From Podospora anserina (taxonomy: Eukaryota), in assembly GCA_017654855.1 (NCBI GenBank), contig CM030332.1:806001-870000 (forward strand): a DNA stretch of 64,000 nt, in the 5' to 3' direction. Below are positions 12,807-26,006 of this stretch, piece after piece. A program made the translations under genes and the position numbers. Each line of letters starts with the position of its first letter. Positions within the stretch are counted from its first letter, which is position 1. The notes under the pieces were generated by a model. It had not been told where the DNA came from. It saw nothing but the letters and a program-made list of their open reading frames with translations, and did not search any database.

Positions 12807-14561
12807 TAAAAGAGCGAGCGAGAAGCGTGCGAAAGATACCACATCGTGTTTTTTTTTTGGCTATGAGAGAGAGAAAGCATGATATGACTGACTACTACAA
12901 CCTACGGGGCATTTCACGGACTGGGTGGGATTTGGATATCATCAAACCACCAACAAATGGGGGGACGGCGTTTGAAAGGAGTAATTTTCGGGAGACAAAT
13001 GACATGGACTCGAAAAGAGTTGGTTTACAATATTTTTTTTGTCTTTTTATTTTTATTGTTAATGTCTTGTTCGAGATGCATCGCATCGAATGGACTTGAC
13101 AGTTACATTATATATATACATATTTACGAACATTTATATTTTTATTTTTACTATCGTCAACTATTTATCATAAGACGGGTGAGTGACTTTTCACACACAC
13201 TTCAGGCAGGGAAAAGCCTCGCTGGCACGGGCTGGCAAAAGACAGATCTTCAACAACGCCCATCTGTCCGAACGGGCCACGTCCATTCTTCCAAGAAATA
13301 AAACCAGTCCAACCCCTCAGCTCTGAGACTTGGCTCTCAAAGGTCACAAGAGAGAAACAGCAGACAGAACCCCCATCCATCCAAGCACGTACGTAACCGT
13401 TACCATTTCACCCTGTTTTCTCGTTCATGCAAGTTTTTTCTTCCTAGTAAAAACCCACGTTCGGCGGTCCCCACATGCTGCAATGCAGTGTGATTGTGGG
13501 GTATGTACTTCGACAGTGTGCGTGTGTGTGGGGAGTGGACCGCTGAAGATATCATGCCATTTCTGGGCTTTCTGGAGTTGGTGGCTGGGCTTGGCTAAAG
13601 CCGTTTGCTACTGCCGGGGGCGATGTGTATGACTGTGTGGGTATGAGATGGGAGTGGGTGGTGGTGATGGTGTTGGAATACCGAAGGCGCGAGAAGACGA
13701 AACGCTTTATGCAGCTCTAACGCGTCCGTCTAGTTTGGATGAACAGCTTTCCAAAACATCAACAAAAACATCCATCCAGCTTCCATTGTTGCAGCAAATG
13801 GGGTGATAGTATCAAAAATGATATGGTCATCCCCCCCAAATCTGATATTAATCAGAAGCCAGTCCAAGTCTCGGATATAATTTTATTCTCCGACGACAAT
13901 AACCCCTCCAACACAAAAGTCAACCCCTCGACAATCTAAACAAAACCCCTTACCCAGTAGCTCGGTTTCTGATACGTCATAGTAGTCACCATCCCCTTTA
14001 AGCTTAAACAAACTTCCCCCTTTTTTCTCAGCTTCCTCTTTCTACTCGAACCTCACACACAAAAAGTCAACAACGAAACAGCCCCTCAAAAATAGAGTGC
14101 TCCCAAAAGTTCTTGTTCATTACACTAAGTAATTATTCCATATCCGCCGTGCTCGCTGTCCATTTTCCCCAAAACCCGCCCACAGCCCCTCCATATTCAG
14201 CTATTTTTCAGCTGATGTAGTGTAACATGAATAAATGACAATAGCCATCCGTAGCCGCCCCAAAACAAAAAGCTTGGTGTACCCTCCGGACTCCGGAGAG
14301 ACAAAACGATAACCCAGACGCGATTCCAAATCCCCAATGAAACACGCACGCCCTCTTTGCGGTCCAAAAAAAAAACAGAAAAAGGGCAGGTATCACAAAA
14401 CAAATACAACAACTCCCCAATCCATCCGCCTGTCCAGTAGCCATGCCAACCTAACGATCCGACAAGAGAGTACCAAAACCACTGGAAACCAACATAAACG
14501 CCTTGTTTTGGAAAGCCCATCCGGATCATATACAAAGTGGGAAGGTGATGGAGCAAGCCAA

Positions 14562-16695
14562 TCATCTCCAGTTCCCCTGACTCAAACTCAACAACCCAGC
14601 CACGGCATCCACATCGCTCTTTTTGCTCGGGCTCACATTGCCCCTCATGAACCTCTCCACCTCGTCGTCCAGAGCAGCCCTCGAAGAAGCAGGGCTCCTG
14701 TTCTCAGCCTCTTCATCCTCAAATATCTCCAAAACAGAGTCCTGGGCCGCCCGCTTATCACGTCTCTGACCCCGGCCCTTCACCGGCGCGGTGTTAGCTC
14801 GGTCGTTCGGGGCCGTCTTGTTGTTTGTCGGAGTGCGGCGGGGATGCTTCCTATAATCCTTCTCTGACCTTGTAGCAGAAGAGGGGAGAGGGCGGCGACC
14901 TGTGGTTGCGGATCCCATGATTGATTGGGCGTGAGAATAATAAGGAGTACGCGGGTTGCCGTCTTCATCAGGGCTCCAGTTCTCCTTATCAGAATCGTGA
15001 CCTGATGGGGAATGCCGTGCGTGAACTTTGATCTTCTCCGAAGTGCTGCTGACGACCTGCTGGTTGTCATGGTTGGCCTTTTCGCTAAGCCCCAGAACTG
15101 ACTGCATCCTCGCAACACTGCTCGACGCTCTACCGAGCTTTGCCTTCTTGGCCGCACCTGGGCGAGGAGTGGCCTTGCTGATGGTGGCGTTGCGCTTGGC
15201 ACTGCTGCTTTGCTGAAGAGGGCTGCCGCCGGTTGAGCTGGTTGACCTCAGAAGGCTGATAGCTGCGATGGCGGAGCCATTGCTCTCATTCTTGGCTTGT
15301 GCGGTAAGTGCATCCTCGCGGTTCTCAGCATCACAGGCAAACTCCCAGGCGTGCACATCTCTTGACCTTCCACGAGTGAGGCGAGGTGGTAGTGGGCTGT
15401 GGCTAGTGAGAGAACTGGTGAGAACTGAAATGGGTGGCAGCGTGACAATAGGAGAAGCACTGTGGCTTCGCTGCAGGTTCGGCCGCCGAATAGAGCGAAG
15501 TGACTGCAGCATGTCAGGGGTTGGTGGAGCGGCAATGGGACGCGGTGGTGAAATGGTCGAGGCTACAACTTCGGCCTTGCCTTCCAACGACATGGAGATG
15601 CGGAAACGAGAGGGTTGTGTGCTTGGTGGGGGTAGGATTGAGCCAGCAGAGAACGCTGGTGGGCATGACGACGAGAAGGATTCGAGGCTGTAGCCCGGGT
15701 TAGGAGACACGGTGATAGGCTGCATCATAGGTGTTACCCACGAGAAGGGCTCATCACGACCAGCCGTCACTGGTGCCGGTGTCGTGAATGAGTTGCCAGT
15801 ATTCCACCTGTTGGAAAGATAACCAACCGACGCCGAGAAGGACTGTGACAGCGCTGAAGACTGGTCGTGAGCGGGTCTTGGTTTAGGAGCAGGGGTAGCC
15901 AGTTCCTTAGCGTTGTCCCGGGGTTCCTCCCACTTGCTAGTCTCGCGGGGTACTTCGGCCACTGGCTCGGCCTCCTCCCCAGCTTGAGATACAGGTCTAT
16001 CTGGCTGGGTGGGGGACGTCGGTTCCTGCTCGGGTCGTGATAATGACTGAAGCGGCGAGGTGTTGGTGATATCGGAACTAAAAGCGGTGTTGTAAGGGGC
16101 GGGGTCAGAAGAGAGGATCTGCATGCCGCCGTATCTGAGGGCCGCAAGCTCCTGCGGCGACAAGGGTCGTGATTTTCTTCTGTCGTTTTGTCTTCTGTTT
16201 TGGAACCAAATCTAGCCGCTACATATTAGTGCCGATTCGACAGAGACAGAGAACCGATACGCGTCCTGTTCCTCGCTGGCACTAACCTGAACCTCTTTTT
16301 CGTTAAGTGAGACGCGTTTTACAATATCGAGACGCGCTGCCTTGTCAGGCTTAGGGTTGGCGTTGTAGGCCGCCTCGAGGATCGCCTTGTCTTTGGCACT
16401 GCAGAACGCGTTTTTGTCAGTAAATCGAGGACTTTACTCGACAAATAATGCCATAGCCCGACGGTGTCACATACGCGGTGCGTTTCCTCTTGCCCTTGGG
16501 GTGTCTTTCGTTCTCCCCCACTGATCTCAAAAACTCTGGTCTGTATTCGGGTGACGACTGCTGGGGAATTGCGGGGAGGGCATTGGCGGTGGTGGGAGAG
16601 CTCGGCTGCTGTTCGTCGCCCGACACAGCGGGGGATTGGGCACGAGGAGCTGGTGACGGCGAGGAGGCGCGTGGTAAAGGAGCTTGGTGATCCAT
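14562..16695 (-). CDS. Homeobox transcription factor, Yox1-like
   Basis: Splicing out introns 16399-16474 and 16212-16286 gives the homeodomain GKRKRTAAKDKAILEAAYNANPKPDKAARLDIVKRVSLNEKEVQIWFQNRRQNDRRKSR, followed by the 533-aa ORF, which ends AVAGLLSLSQGNWR*. ATG at 16695 (MDHQAPLP). The Yox1-like label is from recall. Confidence 0.85.
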
Positions 16696-17680
16696 TGTCA
16701 ATTGGTATTTGGGGGGGCGGGGATGGGGGTATATCGTGAGAGGCGTGCCCGAGTCAGCAGGGCATGCTACAATGGGACCGTCGCAAAGCTTGAGATAGTC
16801 TCTCGTCGTCGTCGTGCTGCTGGTGCGGAAGGGTGAAGCTGTGCCGGAGAGCAACGGACGAGGCAACAGAGGAGAGAGAGAAAGCAAGAGAAAGGTCGGT
16901 GAACGTGTCGACGCGCAAGACAGGGAAATCCGTGGCAGAAAGGAAGGCCCTTTTGAAAGAGGGGGTGGATATGTTGCAGAGCGTGCCGACCGCGATCCTG
17001 GGTACCTTCTGGTGCAGAAAGCACAATCATCTAAAAAACGGACCCACGTCGTGTGCCAGGGCTCCGCCCATCTGCTCTGCCCGCGTCTAACTGCAGCCAA
17101 TCACAGGCGCCGAAAACGCGATTGACGGTCCCGAATAGGAAACAAAGTCAACAATTCCAGCGTCTAGGGAGTGCTTTCCTCGAGCAACCCAGCGCCAAGC
17201 CCATTTCAAAATTCAAGGTTTCTGCAAGTCCCGCATCCCACCACCTTCCCTGCCTTTTTATTTTAATTCTTTTAAATCAGGAAGGGGTGAACGCGACACG
17301 CGACTTTTTGTCGATTTAAATGGCAATGGAACCCAGGTCTGTGCTCTTTCTCCCCTATACTCAATGCACGCGCTCATCAATTGTCAGCTAAATTGAGCAC
17401 TCCTCATCATGAATTGCTCCCGTAATTGGCTTTTCCCGGTGCTCAATTAACCTTCGCATCGGCGGCGGCAAACATCGTCACTCTGGCACGATACCAGTCC
17501 AATATGCCGCTGTTGTTTATCGAAAGAGCATGCATGTATGGGAGCAGTTTTATATGCACCTGCAATGCACGAAATCTCCTCTTGAACACATACTGATCTT
17601 ATCAGCTACGAACCTAGGCAAACATATCGAAACCATTACCTTACCTTTACTGACCTCTCCAGAACAACAGCACCTCCCCT

Positions 17681-18906
17681 TCAGACATCCTCAACGGCGC
17701 TTGCTTGGCTACTTCTTATCCGGTCTCTTTCATCCAATGTCATGATGACTGCCTCCACCACCTGCTTGATTGACGCCGGGTCCAACGAGGACTGCTGGCT
17801 GGGTGAGGTGAAGAGACGCCTATTAACCGGAGCAGCCGCCTGGCCCTCCTCGTACATGTCTTCATCTTCCTCCTCGATAGATGGTACCCAAGGCGTATAC
17901 AGCCCGTTGACTGTTTCGTTGACTGTTCGGCTGGTGGTTGGTGTAGGCGGAAGCTTATCGCTCTCTACCCTTCTTTGGCGCTTGGAGGAGCTTCCCGTCC
18001 TCGATTCTCTGGTAATAAGAAGACTATTTCTGGGCGTCCTCGCTGATCCGCTTGTCGGCGTCGGCATGTTCCCAAGGCCAAGGCCGAGCTTCCTTTTGCG
18101 GCTCGGGGTAGAGCAGACACTGCTTGCAGTGTCCCGAAAAGACCGTTGAGAGGAAAGCTCAAAGCTTTCAAAGCCTTTCAGCACCGTACTTGTCCCAGAG
18201 CTGACTGACACGCCGTCATTTGGCACCGGTACCAGATACATCTGCTGGTACTTCTTCGAGCGGGAACCACTCCATTGGTGGGGTGCTTGGAAGATAAATG
18301 CTGGCGCAGGGCTGTTCTCAAGGGCAGTGTGCATATCGTCTTCCTCATCGTCCTCATCGTCCTCATCGTCCTCATCGTCCTCCTCCCCGTTTTCTCGGCC
18401 TTGCTGACTCCTCGATCTCAAGTCGTCGTAATTATCCCACTGTCCCTGCCGAATACCATGTAGATGGTTCGACGAGGCCTCTCCCTCCAAAGGTAGCCTT
18501 GTAGGGTCAATCCACCAGCTTGTCTCGCAAGGCTCATACTTGAACTCCCTCTCGTACGCCCTGTGCTTTGTCTCCAACTCATCCTCAAAGGAGTAAAGGC
18601 CACAACCACCTCGCGAGATCGGATCCCAGTTTGGGCAGCCGTAGTACCATCTGCCTTGGTTATTGTTCTTATTGCCTGTGACTTGCTTCACGCTCAACTT
18701 GCTGCGGTCCCTGCAGTTGCCTGGTGCCGGTTAGATGGACTCACTTCCTTATCGCCAGGTGTGGAGGACAGCTTACAATAAAACACGCCATCAATCATAA
18801 GCAGTCCTTCTTTTCCGAGCGCAGAAAATGGGCGCCACTCTCGATGATTGCGCCGGTGCGCACCAGGACATTCTTTCTTTGACTGGGAGGATGGCGGTGA
18901 GTACAT
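17681..18906 (-). CDS. GRF-type zinc finger protein with acidic/low-complexity tail
   Basis: A phase-1 intron 18721-18776 (GTAAGC...CTAAC...CAG) splits a Cys codon and yields GVFYCNCRDRSKLSVKQVTGNKNNNQGRWYYGCPNWDPISRGGCGLYSFEDE, matching the CxC...GRxxYxC...C pattern of zf-GRF. It is followed by a DDE repeat and an S/T/P-rich region. The start at 18906 is the likeliest ATG. Confidence 0.7.
18341..18381. repeat. 9-bp coding tandem repeat (TCCTCATCG)x~4 encoding DDE repeats
   Basis: Seen directly; translates as EEDDEDDEDDEDDEED in the GRF gene. Confidence 0.8.
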
Positions 18907-19510
18907 CCTGACAGTTTGGGCAATCGAGGAGAGTTTGTCCGTGAGAAGTCAGGAGAAGAAACAAGTGGGAGCGAAGCTCGTCAAGATAGGACCAGATAGT
19001 TGCTCTGTTCACAGATGAAATTGAGCAACTTGGCGCTAAAAGGTGGGGTCATGATTGTAGATTCGAAGGGGGCACTGAAGAGAAAACGGCCTGGTGATGT
19101 GACAGCCCGCTTTTGTAGCCTGTCATCGGAGCTTAGCCATCTTCGTGATTGGGTCGGACAGAAAGGTGGTGCAGCTGCATCAATATTTCTTCAGCTCAGG
19201 CTTTCTCAAGGCACACTTGCATACGATCGACACAGCATTGGAAACAGTGTACAAAATCAACGCTGTAGAGTGAGAGCAGATAAGCCGCTTGATCATGATA
19301 TGATCTCATTCACCTTAGCTGGAGGTGTTGTCGGCTAAAATACAAACAGGCAGCGCACCAAAACTCCGGGCTTCGTGGCCTCGGTGCGTTGCATGTATGC
19401 ATTCAGAGATGCACTCGGATTAACCACCATGAATGCCTTGCCATAAATCCACGCACCGCTTTTACCATGCTTCCCAGCTTCACCGTCCCCATGTCACCAA
19501 CGACGGGCAC

Positions 19511-20357
19511 TTACTCCTCCTGCTTCTTAACGACAGCACCCTCCCCCTTCAACTGCCTGATCAGATCTTCCCTTGCCTCCACCTTCTCCTTTAGAATGGC
19601 AGTCTCTCTGTTCTTGAGCTCAACAACCTCCTTTTCACCTTCCAGGTCTTTCGCAAGGGCCTTGTCCTCCACCTTCAGAACCTCGTTCTCTTTCTTCAGA
19701 GCCTTTACCTCCATCTGAAGAGCTCTGAGCCTCCTGTGGTCAGATTGCTCATCTTCTTGATCACTGGTAGTCAAGTCGATGAAATGGTGAGCTTTTACTG
19801 TCGATTTCTTCCCCGAGGTCGGAGTCCATGGATAGTCGAAGGTATGCTCATCCCGTCATCATCATCGTCGTCCTCGGCTCTTCCACCCTGTGTTTGACTG
19901 ATTACCTCCTCCCCCTCGTCCTCCTCTCCATCCCCCTCCACCTGCTGCCACGACGTGCTTCCCCAGTGCGAGTCCTTATCCCGATCAATGAAATCATCGT
20001 CGTCCTCAACCTCCTCGGCCTTCATGTTAATACTACCCAACATATCGCGCAACCCCTTCCCATTCCCCATCTGACTCCGTCTCTTTCTCCCGTTTCCAGC
20101 AACCTTCCCCAACCCACCATCCTCGGAGCACCTCCCTTCGGCTGTCTCGGCCAGCCACCGCTTTGTAACGCACGGCTCAGATCCGTTCTCTCTCTCCCAC
20201 TTCCGATGAGCATTTTCCATGTCTCACTCCCAGATCCAAGCCTCGCATGCTCCGTGCTGGCCCTCCGGTTGCCACTTGGCACATCCCCAGTACGGGCTCT
20301 CGGGCCGCTTGGATGCTGGACCGGCGATGCGACGCTCAAGAGGGAGATCACAGCGGC
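19511..20357 (-). pseudogene. Degenerate GRF zinc finger plus coiled-coil gene, tandem paralog of 17681-18906
   Basis: After the acceptor GCTAAC...CAG (ending 20358), the exon reads (C)RCDLPLERRIAGPASKRPESPYWGCAKWQPEGQHGACEAWIWE*DMENAHRKWERE, with an in-frame TGA at 20224-20226. An apparent frameshift near 19852 leads into DEHTFDYPWTPTSGKKSTVKAHHFIDLTTSD and a coiled coil (LQMEVKALKKENEVLK...). I found no usable upstream donor or exon. Confidence 0.62.
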
Positions 20358-23300
20358 CTGAAGGGTTGGATACATGTTAGCTTTTGGACAATCCTAAAAG
20401 ATAATGATGAGGCTTCGAAGGATTTCGAGAGATACTTGTGGAACACCGAAAGATGACCAACACCCCTTTTGACTCGCTTTCCAAACTTCTTGGCAATCTT
20501 TCAAGATATCTCAACCATCGCTTAATTCCTTGATATTTTATCACACTCTCCAATCTTGCTGTTCACAGCAGGAAGAGGGTACTCACAGTGATGGACGCCT
20601 TTCTTCACAAACGGCGGGGCTCGGGGGACATCCTTCGTCGCGTCGCCGAATGGCTCCCAGCAGTCGATTTTCTGCATGTGGGAGGCGAGACAGGGCCAGG
20701 CCACCGTTGTTGTTAGGAGAGGGATTGGTGGTGAGAGAGAGGCAGATGTTGGAGATGTGATGTGGTGATGTGTATGATGAGGGAGGATGTGAGGTTGAAA
20801 GAAGAAAGAGGGTTTACTCATACATGGGAATAACAATAGAATTTCATTATTGATGATGAAGACGGCATGCCTAGGTAGCGGTCCGTATAGATACACTGAT
20901 CAAGGCATCATCGAGATTCTGTAAGAAAGGTAGGAACGCCTGGGCAGGCTGTTGTCAAAAGGCTGAGATGGTTTCATCGATATATAGAGCAGAGAGGAGG
21001 CCTAAGGTGGATTCGTACATCCTCGATTGCCTCTCTGGTTGACCATGACACCAAGATCTCGAAAACCTCGTGGGGTGATCTGGGGCTGTGGGTAAACTGC
21101 GAAACCTTTTTATTACTGAGCTCTGCGATCTTTGAGGAACAGTGTTCAGAAGAGCCTAGGGTGTCAAATGTATATGCCGAGTAGTAGTATTGAGAATGGC
21201 AGTCAAAAAAACAATGATGACGATCTATTTTGACAAGTTTTACACTCTGCTACAGCAACAGGCTTCTCACATTTATCTTGATATCTTCCTCTGGATCAAG
21301 CCAGAGGTCAGGTTAGAAATGAGTCTCTGTCACGTCATAACAGTGCCAGGTTGTCAATCAGTTTGTCATGCCCAGCACAGATTGAATGTGATTTATGACT
21401 AGAACCCTTACAACAACTTGAAGTCTTCAGGTCACCGAAAGATTGGCTGTTTATGGCTCGTCATTGCAGCATCAACCTCGGGGCTATCTACCTAGCCATC
21501 TGACTTAAATGTAATAAGCCCCTTTAGACGACACCAACAATATTCCCAACTACTATGATACATTATTCTCCTAAATGATGACAGACCTGAGTCAACCCAC
21601 CTCCCTACCTCAAGCACTCACTCTGAGGCCAACCAGGGTTAGGGTCCACACCCCTTCCCCCCAATTCAGGGGTCACTCTCCCCCCTTTTCAGTCCAAGCT
21701 CCATGATGCCAAGTCTCCGGAGGAGTAACATTGTTACTCCCGCCCCATCATCAAGACAGGCAAGACAGACACAATAGTCGTCTAGCCAAGGAGACTTACG
21801 CAGTCAGAATCGAGTGGCACACCTACTCCTCTCTCTCAAGAATGACCGGCTTCCTCCATGACGCACGTTTTGGCCTGTCCAACCTTCGGCAGTTGGCATC
21901 CCCCGTAAAAGCAGTTGCCGAAAGAAAGTCAGGAACAGATCACCCAGAAAGTGCACCTTTGGGTCGTCCTCGTCGTCATCATCATCAGGATACGAAGCGG
22001 CTGTGCTGTTGATTATTCCGGGTAGACTTCCCCGATAAATCATCAGATCTCAGCTTTTGTTGAACAAAAAGGTCTCGAGCGTTCGATTTCGGATGTTGTT
22101 GGCCCTGGAGTTACGCCCGCTTTCACAAACCACCAGACAGGTATCGTGGCAAGGTCTCCATCACTTCGGGTTCCTGACCAGAACTATAGCTAACCCGGGT
22201 GGTTCCAAAGTGAGGTACGTGTTTGTGTAGCAAGCGTGATACGAGATGACGCAGGTAAGCCGGGCAGCCAGTGGATGACAGCTACCTGCCTATCCGAGTG
22301 TAAAATGACGATCCAAAAGTCTCAAGTCAGCTTTCCCTCACGGGACTGGATGACAATGTCAAAGTAAAGAAAACTGCACAACATGATGCCCAACCCAGCT
22401 TCAACTCTCACCACAACCCTGGTTATCCAAACCATAACCTCGTGAAATCGATTTGATGGTTGGCGATGGTTGGCGATTGTTATCGTCAGAGACCTTATAC
22501 GAGGGGGGTGCGATTCCTTCTTCAAAACATACAAGGTCTCCAACGTTTGCCACGTACCTGCTCTGCCAATTGGTAGAGTTACCGGTCTGCTGCGTCGGCT
22601 GTTGTTGATTGATTGATAGGGCCAAAATGGAAAAGAGGAAACGGTAAATATGGCCCGCGGACTCGGGTTTGGTTAACTTCTTGTTGCGTTGTGAAACATA
22701 CAGACAGAGACGTGTGTGTGTGTGTGGTCTGCAGGAGAAAAGAACAAGGCGAGACAGACATCATCAAGAAAAAAGGTTGGCGCGGAGAACCCGACTCGGC
22801 TGTTAGATTTCATGGGGGGAAATCATGCAACGCTAAAAAGGAAAACCGATCCCGTGAGCCAGGTCGCGGTCATCGGGTTGAAATGCATGTGTCCGTAAAA
22901 GCAGGCACAGCTGAGAAGGTGGTAGGTACCTGACACACACAAAGACCCATAGGGCGCAACCCGTTGTTGGTGAGATCATGGTTGGTGGCTGAGAAGCGAT
23001 TGGAAAGAAACCGTCTTTCCGGTTTCCGATCCCATACCAGCTGTGCGGACTCTGTCGCCCAGCATAATATCTGCCAGTCGGGAGACTGCCCGTTTAGAGG
23101 TTGCATATGTGGCGTTGATGGCCTATAGGTAGTCCATATCAGCGATAACAGCCCTACGCTTCAACAATGTAGCCGAAGAGACGAACCACGGAGAAATCCC
23201 GAGAAATACGAGGTTGCCAAAAAGCCCATGTGAATTTCCCCCCCCCGCCTGTCTATCCGATTGTCTGTGAAGACGCCAGCGTCAGAAGCCCCCTTTTCCT

Positions 23301-23769
23301 CTATCGTGACCGAGCCGTCCATCTAGACAACCCCAAAAAAAGAAACTATCTACATCGTACAGCCCGACCCAATGCCATTCTCTCCTGACCCTCCATTTTG
23401 TCAAGGTTCCAAAGACGCCCTGTGGTTACCTGTCCAAACACAAAATTCGCGCAAGCCAGAATATGCAAGACATCAATCATCCCGGGATGTAAACGCCAAG
23501 TCCAAGCCCCCTGAAAAGAAAAACAAAAGAAAACAAACATCAGAACCGTCAGCAACCATGCAGCCCTCCTGCACAGATCCCAAAAAAGATGCCATGGCAG
23601 GAGTCGTGTCGTACGCCTCCGCCCAAGATAACCAATGAAACCCGGCCTATCAAACGCCCGCGGCTCTGTCCAATGCCGTAGTCGCGGGCGGTAAGAAGCG
23701 ATGTCGTAGTGGTTCTCTGCATTGATTGCAGCTGCCACTGGTGGTGTCTTCACCGACCTCCGCGGAACC

Positions 23770-25066
23770 TCAAGAACTGTGAAGCGTCCTAAACCCGACT
23801 GTGATCAAGCTCCTCTTGCTGTCTTTGGAGTCCGAGGGTGCGCTCCAGTAGAAGAGTCCCTGCGTAAAGTCGGTCAGTTATGTTTCACCAGGGGAGAGAG
23901 TGTTGGCTATAGGCTTACTCCGAGACCTTTCTGCTTGCAAAATGTAGCTTTGATCTTCACCGTGTCCGGATTGTCGTAGGTAACGAACCCGCCATCACCA
24001 CCAACACATTGTGCTGCCACGGCACGCTTGTCCACCTGCTCTTTGGTGCCTTTCCTGGGAAGCTGACTGTAGTCAAAGGATCCATCTTCACCCCCAGCAC
24101 CCCTATTCTTGTGCCCCGGGCCTGTGACGTTGAGAAAGCTTCGCCCAAAGCATGGAATGCCCAGAAGGATCTTGTTCGCAGGAACTCCCGAAGCCATCAG
24201 AAACTGGACACCGGACGCCCCCGATTCTTCATCCTTGCTCATCGAATACAGCTGGGCATGGTGGCCACCTTTGGGAGTCCATGTACCGAAGAAATCGTAG
24301 GCAACGAGGTTGATTGCATCAAGGTACTCGGACGCTCGCCCATGGTCGATGTTCTGAAGGACAGCTCGGGCTGCAGGCAGGGCAGCGGTAAGCAGATAAT
24401 GGTCCTCGGGTAGATGGAGTCGAATTGCTGCCATGAGGGCGAGGAAGTCATTGCCTTGCTGCGGATTGCAAGGATATTCCCAGACAACTAGGTTGGTTAG
24501 CTACAAGAACGCGGGATAAAATGAGGTCATCATTGACCGCTAGAGGCGAGCAGCGGTGAAGCTGTAAGTTTGTGTGCAGGAAAGGTTGGGGGTCACGTAC
24601 TGTCAATGCCGTCAAGGCCTGATGCTTCCACCAGCCCTCGGGCCGAGCGGGCAAAGTTGTCACGGAGTATAGTGCTTGACGCCACAATGGGAAATGTCTC
24701 AGCTGAAGCTCCTCCGCCAATAGACAAAATAACTTGTAAGTGAGGATATCTTTGCTTCAGATGCATCAACGATCCCAGAGCACCCTGAACACCATCGCAA
24801 GGTGCTCGAGCATCTGCCCACTCGTCACTGAGCTGGTAAACCCCGTGTCAGCCTGTCTGTCTTTGTACACTCGAGGAGGATGAACTTACAAAAACTCCTC
24901 CGTCAGCTGTCACGTTGGCGAAAGCGTAGTAGACTCTGTTGATGCATCCGTAGTTCAGGGCGCCGGGGGTGTCTCCTTTGTAAAGCCTATTGTTCGGCCA
25001 ATACACGGCATTGGTGTACATGACATTGGAGGCATTTGTTATGCGAGACTTTCGGGAGGAAGACAT
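23770..25066 (-). CDS. Glycoside hydrolase family 18 chitinase-like protein with no evident signal peptide
   Basis: YTNAVYWPN...VYYAFANV, VILSIGGG, LDGIDIVWEYP, INLVAYDFFG, ILLGIPCFGRSF, FVTYDN...KGLGGLFYW. Introns 24833-24889, 24488-24600 and 23860-23918. Stop TGA at 23770-23772. Confidence 0.9.
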
Positions 25067-25982
25067 GATGTTCTGTTGCTGATCGAGTTTGTAAGTCTGA
25101 AAGTGTAGTAGTAGTGCTTGGTGCGTGGACAGCAAAGAGGGAAATCAACCACAGAGATGTCTACTCTTTAAGAACCAGGTGAACAAGGAAATACCCGCGT
25201 TTCTGAGACAGAGACTTCTGCCAGCTCATTTTGACCTCTGAGGTGTCGGGAGCTGCGGTCGGGCATCAAGGGGGTGGACGACGACTTTCCCGGAGTGTAT
25301 TCTTATACCTAGCTACATGGCTGATGGGACGAGTGGGAAAGCAGCTCGAGGTGAGTCGCCTGCCTGCCTACCCAAGCTCGGTGGAGCCATACAGGGCTAT
25401 CGAAGATTGAGTTGAGAAAAGGGAAGCTGCATGACATAATTTGCTGGGGGGAGGCTGGTCGATGACCGGGCGATCAAGGATACAATGGGCCATCTGTCGG
25501 AACAAGACCACAGCTTGTGGCAGTAATGCAGCAGGGATATGAAAGGCGGGTGTTGAATCTCTGGTGACGAGTACCAGCTGAGACGATCCAGCGCGGGATG
25601 TGAAGGAGAAAAAAAGAGACTGAGATGTAACATGATGATTTTCCTGCTCCGTCCACGGTTCCGCGGGTCCATGCCACTTGAGCTTGACCTTGGTGTTTCT
25701 TGCCGGATGGTAGCAACGAGGAGCCCTCTTAGCGGCAGTTGGAGATTCACCAAGGAGTACTCGCTCCGAATCCACCATGGGCTCTGGCTGCCGATTTCCG
25801 TACGGATAATCACGCTGGCTGCCGTTTTCACGGCTTCCTGTAGCTCCAACGCTGGCCATCCAATCATCTCGTTAGTCGGCGGTGAGCGCACACGACCAGC
25901 CGAGCAAAAGCACGGCTGGTGTAAACAAGCGCGAACTGGGTGCTATAAATGGCAATTCTTGCTTGAGGTCAAGAGGACACGT

Positions 25983-26006
25983 GAGAGAGAGAGAGAGAGA
26001 GAGAGA
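25983..26006. repeat. (GA)12 microsatellite
   Basis: Seen directly. Confidence 0.9.

Noticed and set aside
21636..21646. AGGGTTAGGGT as a telomerase RNA template or interstitial telomere
   Set aside because: Under two repeat units, expected by chance in 64 kb; I could not identify supporting TER features.
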